38,088 nucleotides of DNA from Welwitschia mirabilis (taxonomy: Eukaryota): assembly GCA_051453625.1 (NCBI GenBank), contig JBOZIK010000001.1, forward strand, positions 33,410,776-33,448,863, read 5' to 3'. How positions within the stretch are numbered: position 1 is the first letter of the stretch; each line of letters starts with the position of its first letter. The position numbers were made by a program, and so were the translations under genes. Positions 1 to 12,499 of the stretch are shown piece after piece. The notes under the pieces were generated by a model, which saw nothing but the letters and a program-made list of their open reading frames with translations, did no database searches and was not told where the DNA came from.

Positions 1-1084
1 TTTAAGGGCTAGATTTAATATTCTTTGGGGTTGCTTAACTAGTTTAACATTGTCCTCAAGATAGATTTTATGTTGAACTATGAAAAGAGGAATGGCATAT
101 AAGTCTTTATGTGTCCAAGCAAAGGCATTTTTCTTTGATTCTAGCAGAGAGGTCAAAGATTCTTGTTAAGAAGTGAGAAGGTCACTAATTATCAGAGGTT
201 TCATTTGATTTTTAGATAAGAATATATATTTTAGACCTTTTGGTAATTGCTTAAGCTCACAAGTGTTGAGTTGGGATGTCATCCCATCTGTCGTGGGGAC
301 GATAGGTAGAGGACGACATTTTTTAAAAAGTTTTTCTATCGAATATAGATGTTGAATTTCTTCCTCATCTTCGAGAACTCCATTATCAGATTTAAAGTAA
401 TCTAATTTAGTTGGGTCATCATATAAAGTTGGCTCATATGATATAGTTAATTTATCTTCTAAGGTTCGATGTTGTAAAAATAAAGTTGGCCTCAAATCAT
501 CTTCAATGTTGAAATTAATTCCTATGTTCTTTTTAGTAGTATCAAAAATCCTAATGGTAATTTCTTTGTTGTCAAAGTAGTATCTCATCATTCTAGATTA
601 AGTGTCAATGATACAATGAGATGTAGCATGAAAGTCTCTTCCTAAAGTAGTGGAGACCCTTCATCATGCTCTATTTTAATTATAACCACATCTATGGGAT
701 AAAAATATTTCTTAATTTAAATGACTAGGTCCTTTATGATTTCTAATGGTTTCTTAATTGAGGTGTTAGCTAGTTCTAGAATAATAGGTATAGGTTCAAT
801 TCTACTTTCTAAACCAAGTATTTTACATATTTGGAAGGTCATAATATTAACACTTGTACCTATGTCAATCAAAGCCTTTTTAATTCTTTTATTTCCTTCT
901 AAAGTAATACTCAAAGTTGCAGCCTTAGGATTCTTGAATTTAGGACATTTCTTCATTACCAAGTTGGAGAGAGATTGGTCAAGGAAGACTTTACTTGGAA
1001 TGATATTTTTTTATTTTCTTCTCACTAAGTCCTTCCATAACTTAGAATATTTGGGGTTTTCTTGTAAGAGTTTCCAAAAGGGAA

Positions 1085-2081
1085 NNNNNNNNNNNNNNNN
1101 NNNNNNNNNNNNNNNNNNNNNNNNNNNNNNNNNNNNNNNNNNNNNNNNNNNNNNNNNNNNNNNNNNNNNNNNNNNNNNNNNNNNNNNNNNNNNNNNNNNN
1201 NNNNNNNNNNNNNNNNNNNNNNNNNNNNNNNNNNNNNNNNNNNNNNNNNNNNNNNNNNNNNNNNNNNNNNNNNNNNNNNNNNNNNNNNNNNNNNNNNNNN
1301 NNNNNNNNNNNNNNNNNNNNNNNNNNNNNNNNNNNNNNNNNNNNNNNNNNNNNNNNNNNNNNNNNNNNNNNNNNNNNNNNNNNNNNNNNNNNNNNNNNNN
1401 NNNNNNNNNNNNNNNNNNNNNNNNNNNNNNNNNNNNNNNNNNNNNNNNNNNNNNNNNNNNNNNNNNNNNNNNNNNNNNNNNNNNNNNNNNNNNNNNNNNN
1501 NNNNNNNNNNNNNNNNNNNNNNNNNNNNNNNNNNNNNNNNNNNNNNNNNNNNNNNNNNNNNNNNNNNNNNNNNNNNNNNNNNNNNNNNNNNNNNNNNNNN
1601 NNNNNNNNNNNNNNNNNNNNNNNNNNNNNNNNNNNNNNNNNNNNNNNNNNNNNNNNNNNNNNNNNNNNNNNNNNNNNNNNNNNNNNNNNNNNNNNNNNNN
1701 NNNNNNNNNNNNNNNNNNNNNNNNNNNNNNNNNNNNNNNNNNNNNNNNNNNNNNNNNNNNNNNNNNNNNNNNNNNNNNNNNNNNNNNNNNNNNNNNNNNN
1801 NNNNNNNNNNNNNNNNNNNNNNNNNNNNNNNNNNNNNNNNNNNNNNNNNNNNNNNNNNNNNNNNNNNNNNNNNNNNNNNNNNNNNNNNNNNNNNNNNNNN
1901 NNNNNNNNNNNNNNNNNNNNNNNNNNNNNNNNNNNNNNNNNNNNNNNNNNNNNNNNNNNNNNNNNNNNNNNNNNNNNNNNNNNNNNNNNNNNNNNNNNNN
2001 NNNNNNNNNNNNNNNNNNNNNNNNNNNNNNNNNNNNNNNNNNNNNNNNNNNNNNNNNNNNNNNNNNNNNNNNNNNNNNNNN
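1085..2081. other. Assembly gap (997 N)
   Basis: N run. Confidence 1.
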
Positions 2082-4437
2082 GATTCTTAAATTTAGAACA
2101 TTTCTTCATTACTAACTTGGAAAGAGATTGAGCAAAGAAGACTTTACTTGGAATGATACATTTTTGTTTTCTTCTTACTAAGTCCTTTCATAACTTAGAA
2201 TATTTGGGATTTTCTTACAAGAGTTTCTAAAAGAAAAGGTTGATATTAACTTCTTGCATTAAGGCTTTTAAGTGTTTATTAAATGTAGGATTTGTATTTA
2301 ATCTATCAAGTCAAGGAGTTGATGGTCTCTTTTCCTTATCCTCTTTTAAATTGTGTTTAACAGAGGTTTTAGTAGATGATGTGGAAGGAAGGTTATAAGA
2401 ATTTAGGATTTCTACATAATCTTCCCCAAGTAATTTATTTTGTTTAGGAACTTAATGAGTAGATGGTATTATTTCTTTCCTACTTCTTATTACAATCTTT
2501 AAGTTTCTTCTAACTTCGTTTGGGTTGGATATTGGTCGAGAAGCAAGATACCCTTATGGTCTTTGATTAGCAAGCATTGTTTGTTGAAGCACATTCAGTA
2601 GGTTCTCAATGTTGCTATTGGTTTTTTGTGTACCTATCTCATTTTCTCAATGGATTCTCTAAGGGGATCATTAAAATTTTGTTAAGAGTGTGGTTTAAAA
2701 TTGGAACTTTTAAATCTATTCTCAAATGGTTTCCATGGAGTTGCCCACTAGGTCTTTGTTGAAACAGTGGTTGACTCTTAAAGTTAGAATTTCTTTAGTT
2801 TAAAGCACAAACATCTTCAAACATTTTTTCCTTATAAGTTGGTAATAAAAGACACTCTTTAGTTGTATGGGAATCATCTTTACAAAGTTTACAACTAGAG
2901 GTTAAGGATTCATTTTTATAAACCTTTGCATCAACTATCATTTACATGTACTTCTCTAAAGTAGTAGTAAAATCTTTCATCAAATTAGTTGAATCCTCTC
3001 TCTCTTCTTCTTTATCATGTTTTACCTCTTTTAGGTCTTTCAAAATTTAGCCTACAGTATAGTTTTTCTTAGTGGATTTAGGCCAGGTTTGACTAATTTC
3101 TACTAAATTTTCTAGCACACTCCAAGCATTATCTAAACTTAAGTTCAATAAATTTCCTTCACAAGAAAAATCCACAAGTTATTTAGTTGAAGCATTCAGT
3201 ACACTATAGAAATAATCTACTATTCTTCCTTACAAAATTCGTCAATAGGGTTGGAGTGACTAGTAATTATAAAACATTCATATGCAGTTGCATAATCTTC
3301 ATGTGGTTGTTTTTGAAAGTTGGTGACTTCTTTTCTTCTCTTCCTCATAGTCATTTCACTTAAAAATCATTTAATGAAAACTTATTACACTTGACTCCAT
3401 GATTTAAGGCTTTTATGTGGGATAGTTTTGAGCCAAATTTTTACCCTACCTTTAAGAGTGACAGGAAAGATAATGATATAGGTATGATCACTAATACATT
3501 TTTTCCTATTTCCAGACATAAGTAAAAGTTGTTCTATGTCGGCTAAATGTTGAAAAGGATCTTTTTTTAGTTTCCCCAAAAAGTTTGGGTATGCGCTTAG
3601 ATTTCTTAACTCTACATCATCTTCAGAAGGTAAATCAAAAGCATTTTGAATTTTGCATTTCCTATTAGCAATTAAATCTCTAAGCATAACGTTCACATTT
3701 GAAGAAGAAATTCCTAATATGATTGGAGCATTAGAAGAAGCTGCTTGCTTTTGTTTTTGTGACGCTTTTGAAATATTCAACATTTTTGAAGAAATAATAC
3801 AATCGCCTTCTACACTATACTTTTCTTTTACAAAATTAGATTCTAAAATAATAAAAGTAGAAAAATCTTCTTCTTTAATTCTGGGAATTTATGTAACTGA
3901 ACTGTGCGTACCTGGATTTAATTCGAAGTCAATCAATCCTTCTTTGATATTTTCTTCAATCAGGTTTCGTTCTCTCTGATATTTCTTGTTTTTATCAGGA
4001 TTTACCATATCCCTGCATGCTCAAACAACTAATAGAATGGAGAAATCAAAAATAGCAGATCATCATCCATCTAGTCATGGAGATGACAGGTAGGATGATG
4101 GTAGCAGTAAACAGAAAATTTGAATTTACAGAAACTCAAAACATAGAGAACGGTCATCCTGAAGTATCGTGGGGATGACCTAAAGGAAGATGGAAAATTT
4201 ATTTTACTAAAAAGAAAAATGTGAAAATACATAAATGCTGTAAATTTTTTAGATTGTTCTCCTCTCAGGTCATGAACATGATAGAATGGATGATAAAGGA
4301 ACAAAAAAGAAAATGCAAAAATCTCTACTTTAACCTAAACTAGAAAAGTACAGCATTAATTCGAAATAAATACATGAATAAAAAAAATTCAAGATACCTA
4401 CTTGATTAGTGACAATCCTCTTAGCTCCTTGCGGTCT

Positions 4438-4455
4438 TCCCCGACAATAGTGCCT
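4438..4455 (-). promoter_or_regulatory. Primer-binding site of element A (Athila/tRNA-Asp type)
   Basis: Minus strand AGGCACTATTGTCGGGGA vs the Athila consensus TGGCGCCGTTGCCGGGGA; 4 of 5 differences are transitions; 3 nt from the LTR end. Confidence 0.75.
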
Positions 4456-4458
4456 AAA

Positions 4459-5814
4459 TGTTGTGGTGCAAATTTATGCAATCTTGAAGTTCTTTAGGTA
4501 AACCTGTAATCAAATAACTTGCAGAAAAACACATGCTAGTATAGATTGGAGTTCATCCAAATGTCGTAATACAACAAAGGCACTAAGTTTAGATTTAGAT
4601 AATTTATTTTGCCAATGTATTTTTTGTTCTTTTATCCTTAGAAAAACTGGAAGGAAATAACTTAAGTAAATGCAATGCTTAAATGGGAATGAAATGCAAG
4701 TGAATGAGAATGATATGCAATGCAATGAAAATGGAATAGAAATGGAAATGAAATAGATCCTATTTACATCTTAGTCTTTTTTTCACAAAGATCACTTATC
4801 TATAACTTATATCAAAGAAGAAGATTATTCACAAGTTCTTAATCAATATAAACTATGAGATCTACCTAAGGAAGACTTGAAATGTAATATGGAAAGAAAG
4901 AAATACAAATCTATTCTACTAAACAAGGTCAACCTTAATAAAGGTTGCCTTTAAGATTTAAATAAACCCAAGCTTGTTACTACCTAAAATAAATTTAAAT
5001 CATAAAGGAGATGCACAATAATGAGATGAAAGAAGAATTTGTATTAATCCAGTGAAATCAAAACAACATCCACTTACAACATCAGAACAACAACACCTCA
5101 ATAAAAGAGACACAGCCTTACACCAAGGAGACTCCTTTTTACAACATGGAATGGACCTCTAGTCCTTCAAGCTTCCATCACAAGTATCGAGTACAAAATA
5201 TGGAAAGGAAATGAAGGAGGAGAAGGGTATTTATAGATTTTCCAAGGAGGGAGTTGGAGACAAACACTAAAGGTAGGAAATAGAAATCCTAATGACCCAC
5301 ATGGGTCGTTTGACCCCATTTATAATAGAATTTATTGCTGTAATGTAAAAACAGTTGTCATCTCATGTATCATCCACATGATGGGGGAGATGACACCACC
5401 TTAACGGCTTGGACAGTGTGCCATGTACTGTCATTAGCCCCGTGAGTTATCTGCATGTAGTTCTGATGTTGTCATCCTGTCTGTCGTCCAGACGACTATA
5501 CAGTCGATGCCCTGTCAATTTGGCTCCATGTGCTGCTGTTGGTGCTGCAGGTTCTGACCACATCACCAGTATGATTGTCCTGTCTATGATGGGGATGATG
5601 GAAAGGACAATGCACTTCTTTTTCTCTTTTCTCAGTCTTTATATTATAAAGTCTTTTCTCCAAACATGTAGTATTAGAATAAGACTGAAAAACTGCTAAT
5701 AATGCCATCAAATCAAATCCTCATAATCATTAGTATTGCACCAAAACCTATAGGAATGTTCTACAAAAGTACTCAAAATAAACCATCAAATTCTCATAAA
5801 TTAGCATCACAACA
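4459..5814 (-). repeat. 5' LTR of element A (~1.36 kb)
   Basis: TG...CA ends with long imperfect inverted repeats (TGTTGTGGTGCAAATTTATG vs TGTTGTGATGCTAATTTATG); directly adjacent to the PBS. Confidence 0.82.
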
Positions 5815-8800
5815 CTATGATTAGTTTTTATAGTTGGGCTTTTTATAGTGATAAGATTAGATTCATCCAATCTTAAGATATTCTCATGTCTATGAACTTC
5901 ACTTTGAAGGAAGATGTCTTAGTTTAGGTACATTTATTTAATCTCATTTTGAAGTTCCAACCTAGTTAGTATGATTTCATTGGCTCTATTTTTCATTTGT
6001 TTTGAGTTTTTCCCTGATCATCCTAATTTGTCATGACTTTTCATCATTCCATATTTTTTGAAACTTTCTGATAAATTCTGTTACCTTCATGCTAATATCT
6101 GAGCCTAACTTTCTTAGCTAATATTTTTACTTTTACAAATTTTTTTCAAGTTCCATCATCCACCTGATCATCTAGATGACATAGCAGATAAAATTGAGAT
6201 TTTTTCTGAGAGTCACCCTAGAACTGTTGTCCAGATGACGCGACTGGACAACAATGTAATAAAACTATGGGATCACTTCTTTTTCCTCATTTTTCTTCAT
6301 TTATCTATCATTTCTATTCATTCCTTTGAGATAAGATAGTCCCCCTAGTCCCTCCTAACATGTTAATATTTGTCTCTATGAGATTTACTCACCGGATTCC
6401 CTAATTTTAGTGATTTTTCAAAGATGAGATATGTTTTTCTTTTCCTTATCTTTTTCAATTTTTTCTCTCATTCTCAGCCTTTTAACACATAGTCTACACA
6501 TATATTGTTCACTTTTTTGCACTCTTCAATTAGGAACTTATGGATCTAATTTTCACCACATATTTTAAAAGATATAATCAATTGTGCACTTTCACACTTA
6601 TTTTCTTGTAACCGTAAGTCAAAACGTAGTGGTTCTTTAGGGTAAATTGATCAATTTGGTGTGTTTTACAATTCTAGAAAATTAGATTTTTCATTTGAGA
6701 ACTTTGAATTTTCACCTTATGGGGGGCCCACATAAAACACATTTTTTACACTTTTCATGTGCATTGAAATTTCCTTCACATGACTAGGAATATGGGACAT
6801 ATTAATATTTTTGAGTGGGTAGGAAATATTTTCATAATTTTCTATATTTTTTATTAATTTTTGAGACGTTTTGAGCATCCACGCAATATATTTTAGCTAT
6901 GTCCATCAAATTTTACATGACTTATTGAGTATTTTTAATTGAGTGGGCCTCATACACATAGATCTAGATAGGCTGAGGTTGAAGCCAAAGCCGCTGAGTA
7001 GGAGTTGGGTCCATTAGTACCACCAAAGGTAGAGCATGCAGAGCCCATGCATCTCCTACCTCGACATGGAAGATCTCTTACTATTCAGACTACTACTATT
7101 CATGTTAAGAAATATTTTGAAGATTTCATGAGCTTCTTACAACTAGAGGTTGATCAAAGGCTTACTGATTTAGAGCTCCACTAGATTTTAAATGCACCTA
7201 GGGCATATTATGTTTTAAAAACCAGGAAATTCTACATACCATGCATATTGAGCAAAAGCTTAATTCTTGTGGACATCTTGTAGATATGACTATTGCTTCA
7301 ATTTGGGACCATAAGATCATAGTTCTCTGAAACTACATTGCAACAGTAATAGATCTAGGTGGTATTAGGATCCTTCATATATATTCCGCTACTGGGACAT
7401 AAGAGCATCATACATATGACACAGCACTAGACATACTAGAAGTTTTGACTCTAAATAGGCAGGGTGTTCTAGTGATATAGTTGACCCCTACCTATTACAT
7501 TTCGCATAGAGGACTGATTCACAACATTAGCCCATCTTTTCATAATAGTCATGCCATGATGGCTCATTTACAGCTATTGGTAACATTCCGACAGAGTGAG
7601 CAGATGAAATTTCTTATTTTATATGGAGAAGACTCAAGTCGATGGTTAAAACATGATAGTTGTAGACTCTAGGATTTCCATACCTCCTCTCAGCCATGTT
7701 TTGATAGTTTAGGATATCAGAGCTCATGAGTAAGTAGCACCTCATGCACATTCAGACTTTAGCTTCTTATTTATATTACATGGATATACAGGTACTAAGA
7801 GAGGTAAAGAGGCCTCAAGTTTAAAGAACTATAGTTGGCATTTCCTTAGAGTAGATCTAGGACCTTCTAGCATAGACCACTGAGACCATTAGGGGTTTAA
7901 TTGATAGAGGTATCTCGATGCTTATTCAGAAGATTGAGATACTTTAGTATAGGATCTAGATGGTTTAGAGATGTAGCACTGTAAGGATCAGCTAGTGAAC
8001 ATATGTTCACACATCCTATCTATTAAGTAAAGTGTGATAGTTGACCTCCCAGAGGTAGTTTGAGTATAGGGAGAGGAGAAATCATGTTTTATCTCCACAT
8101 CATTGAATCTTATTTTTCCTACAAACTCTGAGCACCCTCCTTCTTCTCCTCCTGCACCTGATCCTATTGCCCATTCTGATTTTATCATGCGACGATAAGG
8201 GAAGTAATTTATTATGTCATATTTTGTACCTTCCCCTTCATATATTTTGTACTAAAAAAACTCATGCTTTATATATACACATCTTATTTTGAGTTTCAGC
8301 ATGGTTTACATTTCTTTAGATTTCATGCATATTTATCATTTCTACACTTATCAATGAGGATTGATTATATTTTCTTTTGATTATTTTCTTTATATGTTGT
8401 ATGTTTTAGTGGAGAACTATTAATTATCAGTTATTTAATGACTATTTTTCTAAAAAATTTTATTGTAAGTTTCTATTTTTCAGAAACAATTTTTAAGCCT
8501 GTTGTCCCCATATCATCTAGACGATGACCTAGACAATAGCATGACTAGTCAACTACACAGGTAAAACATTCAATTTTCTATTTTTGATAATTCTATTTGT
8601 ATCTCTAAGATTTTTGAAATTCTTTTTGAGATAACTTTTTAATGACTTAGTTGTTTTTATTGATAGTCAAGTTGGATTGCAAGCATGGTTATCCACCTGG
8701 TTCTTTTAGGGACTGACAAGGCTAAGTTGGAGGTATTTTGAGCTCCAACTTGTATGTGTTTGATAGGGCATTTTAAGTAGTTTTACAGGATATTAGACAG

Positions 8801-9879
8801 GTTTATGCTGGGTTTTAATGATAATGAAGAGCTAAGACAAATAACACAAAAACATGCAATCTCCATTACATTTTTATAGCATTTGAAGGAGTTTAGAATA
8901 TTTCCTATTTGAAGTAAAATTCCTTCAAACATTAAGGCTAACATGGTACATGACAACTGTACAAAAGCCTATCATCCACCTCATTGTTTGAACAATTTTA
9001 TGAACAACAGAACACTTAAGCAAAGTAGAATGCCAAGTGAAGTCAATATGGTAGTTGATGTGGAATTCTTATGAGGTGGAATCATCTCTTGTATTATCTA
9101 GACGACCAATAGGACGACACCTAAAATAACACTTCACCAAGCTTTACCTAATTTTGGCCATTTATCTCTCATTCTCTTGCATGGTTATTAGGGTTATACT
9201 CACACCTATTTGTCTTTTCTATTTGTAGAGTGTAATTTATTAATAAGTACTGACTCTACCCTTGACTTCGTCTTGTCTTCATTTGCATCGAAATTCTCAT
9301 GACAAGAAATTGAAGGCCTGGAGATCCATTTATTATTATTACAGAAATATGTCTTTCTTGGTGTTATGTTGTGTATCCTCCACCGAGGGATGCTTCTACT
9401 TTGTAACATGGATGTTGGTTTGAATAGAGTTCAAAGAAATCTTTTTTAGGTGCATTGTATTTTCTTTCCTAAATTAACTTTGCATAGTTTTATTCTATTT
9501 GACATATCTAATAGCTTAGGTTGGTCTCGATCTGGTGATAGTATTTCTTAATTAATCTAGGTTATATAGGATTGATCTCTATGATAGGTTGATTTGGTAA
9601 TAGGATAGGACTTGCACTTAGTTTAGATTGCATTTTATTTGCATAAGTGTGTTTACATTATTATTTTCTGCATTGCATTTTATTTCTACTTTAAGAATAC
9701 AAGTGTTTCATTTTCTTGAAATTAATTCTCCTTTTTACCACCTGAGCCTTCAATGAGAATATGACATTTGGGTCACTTCCATCTATATTAGTGTGTTGTG
9801 TTTTGAAAAATCCATATTTTTTTATTAATTACAGGATCTTCTTAAGAGCATAAAATTGGCACAAATACACACCACAACA
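5815..9879 (+). mobile_element. 3' portion of a related Athila-type element B (3' internal region plus 3' LTR), interrupted by element A
   Basis: 8734-9879 aligns by eye to the reverse complement of LTR A at both ends (gacatttgg...atctata.tag...attacagg...caccacaaca). It is preceded by Athila-like agggactgacaaggctaagttggagg and shares tc(g/a)tc(c/t)agacgac-type motifs with A. Confidence 0.7.
8734..9879 (+). repeat. 3' LTR of element B
   Basis: Ends ...acaccacaaca like LTR A; its start is homologous to the LTR A start, with TG decayed to TA. Confidence 0.68.
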
Positions 9880-11279
9880 CACTAATCAAGAAAGGTAATG
9901 GCATTAGTCAAATTAAGCAAAACAATTTAAGAAAAAAATAGAATATGGTTTTAAGCCAATGCAAAGTGGTTCGGGTTATAAGGTCTAAGAAATTTTTAAT
10001 AGAAACCTGAAATGACTAAAATTTTATAAAATTTAACCTAGGAAATTAACCTAAACATTTTAAATTTTTTTAAAAAATTTTAAAAGAAATAAAATTAAAT
10101 AGAATTTAGAAATTTACTAAGATTTACAAAAATTAAAAAAAAAGGAAAAACACAAAATAAATCATTGATTTTAGTTTAGCTTTAATTCATGATCTTGGAT
10201 TCATTTGTAGCTAAAGAAAATTCATTAGACCTACAACATGAAAATATTAGATATGAAAATGAATTTTAAATGCTATATTAGAAAAGCAAACTCAACAATT
10301 TAGACTAATTTAGGTTTTACTAGAAATAGACCTTTACCTACCACTAGAAGGAAAAGAAAATAACACTCAAAAAGAAAAGTGAAAGGACTAGTTTGGGTAT
10401 TACTAAAATTGGACTAGTACCTATCACTAGAAAAATAAAAACTAATCAAAAAACTACAAGAAGAAAATTATGCACTCTTGAAAAAATTACTATGTTTATA
10501 TATCCCTAGTAATGACATTAAAATCTAATTATATCTTTGTAGTGATTCATTTTTATTTGGGTTTACACTCAGAATCATTCTTCCATAGGGATATATGTGG
10601 TAATTTATCAAGATAAACATAATTATTCTATCTTAGAAATAAATTCAAAAAAAAATAAAATTAGAAGTTTAAGAAGAGGATGATCTTCAATTAATGACAC
10701 AAGGGAATAAAAATACTCTAAGGATTTAATCAATTTGCTTAAATCTCCACCTTTACTCAAACAATTTCTATATCCTAAAACATACTGACAATCATCAAGT
10801 CATTAAGGCTCAGCATGGAGGCATAATCTCATTCACTACATGAGTGTTGATGAGTTATCCAATCCTCTTGATACTTCATTGTCTTTTATAAGCATGGAAA
10901 GTATGAACCAAAGTGCATAAGATTCATTAAATAATAGGAACCACAAACTCACAAAAGCAACCCAAATAACTCATATAGTTTGAAAGATCTTGATAATTAA
11001 ATAAGCTTTACCTAAAGATTGTTAATATCTATTTTTATGCATTAATAATGAAATAATGAAATCTAGTAAAGAACTACTTCTACCTAAATGTTGCTAATTC
11101 CAGATGAAATGTGCAAAAATAATGAAAGGATTTAAAATAATTCTTTTATTAAACTTAAACAAATATACATTACATCAAATAGAAAAAGAAATGAAGGAGA
11201 AGAGCTCCTCAATTAGCCTTGGATCATTCTACCCCAAGAAAGATGATCAGAGCATCATGACATTCTATTATTCAAATCT
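9880..11279 (-). mobile_element. Highly decayed Athila-type element C (5' leader, PBS and part of an LTR)
   Basis: Minus strand 10523-10503 reads TTTTAATGTCATTACTAGGGA, differing from TTTTGGCGCCGTTGCCGGGGA only by transitions. LTR-like sequence runs from ~10526 to the gap. Confidence 0.5.
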
Positions 11280-11564
11280 NNNNNNNNNNNNNNNNNNNNN
11301 NNNNNNNNNNNNNNNNNNNNNNNNNNNNNNNNNNNNNNNNNNNNNNNNNNNNNNNNNNNNNNNNNNNNNNNNNNNNNNNNNNNNNNNNNNNNNNNNNNNN
11401 NNNNNNNNNNNNNNNNNNNNNNNNNNNNNNNNNNNNNNNNNNNNNNNNNNNNNNNNNNNNNNNNNNNNNNNNNNNNNNNNNNNNNNNNNNNNNNNNNNNN
11501 NNNNNNNNNNNNNNNNNNNNNNNNNNNNNNNNNNNNNNNNNNNNNNNNNNNNNNNNNNNNNNNN
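11280..11564. other. Assembly gap (285 N)
   Basis: N run. Confidence 1.
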
Positions 11565-12476
11565 TTCTTCTCATTGTATCACATCATATTATGATGTATT
11601 GTCTTGTATTTCTACCAAGTATCATCAGATTTGAAGATTTATTTAAGATTAATTCTGACTTTTTTCATAAGCTCAATGTGATTAATTTTCCAAACAAATG
11701 AAAGAACATGAGTCTTGTCTATTTCCTTATAAGACTAGTGAAATAATGCTGACATTTGGTACTAGCAATATTCAAGGTTTTATAGTGTCATTAAGAAGCC
11801 AACAATTGACCTACTAATATTAGGGTAAATCACATAATTTCACAAAAAGTAATAAAATGGTAGAAAACATTAGTATTTGATAAAACAATGTGTTTTAATG
11901 GTGCTTCGTATGCTAATTTGATCAATTATACTTGCTTGGAATGTTAACATGTAAACATGTACTTTATAAAAGAAAGAAATCTTAACATTTGTTAGTACTG
12001 ATCTTACATATAAAAAATCTACATTTCATGTTCTATCTCTTGAAAATCCAAAGTTTCTCTACTCCTCTACTATAAAAAATTTATAATATTGGTGCTCGAG
12101 GAACTTCCCTTTTTACTCTGCATTACTAGTGTAGTTGAGTCTAAGCTAGGAAGAGACTCTTTATTATAAAGCATTAATGATAAGCTAGAAATCATCATTG
12201 GTGTAGAGCATTAATTATCAACTAGATCATCATTTGAAGAGATAAAAAGGAACAAATGAAGTAGTGCCATTTAGTTCACCCTAAAGAGTGGAATAGATTG
12301 ATAGCCAAACTCATATAAAATCCTTGTTTGTTGGTCATTTCTTATTTGCATTGGTTTTACTTGTTATTAATCTTTACATGTAAAGTATATTAATTATTTA
12401 AGAATCCAAAAACTTATCTACTTAAATTGTAAAATCTCTTCACCCCTTCTTCTAAGGTTGTTCATAGTGTTGTGCA
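11565..12476 (+). repeat. Decayed copia (SIRE-like) LTR fragment
   Basis: agagtggaatag...agccaaactcatataaaatcc (~12285-12323) and ttcaccccttcttctaagg (~12439-12457) parallel motifs in the LTR at 33560-33728. Confidence 0.5.
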
Positions 12477-12499
12477 TTTAAAATTAACTTATAAGCTAT

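Larger units (their letters stand above)
1..5814 (-). mobile_element. Athila-type Ty3/gypsy LTR retrotransposon A (5' LTR, PBS, decayed gag-protease; runs off the left edge)
   Basis: Gag-like YPNFLGKLKKDPFQHL...FPVTLKGRVKIWL (3385-3783), CCHC knuckle CKLCKDDSHTTKEC (~2852-2893), protease KALIDIGTSVNIM (~840-880) and pre-RT AFAWTHKD...HKIYLE (<160). Many stops and frameshifts. Confidence 0.88.

Noticed and set aside
721..2115. Long ORFs of 464 and 355 aa (also 11104-11634 and 11272-11574)
   Set aside because: Artefacts of translating through N gaps.
4670..4755. AAATG-type pentamer run as satellite or telomeric repeat
   Set aside because: Short, degenerate and internal to LTR A.
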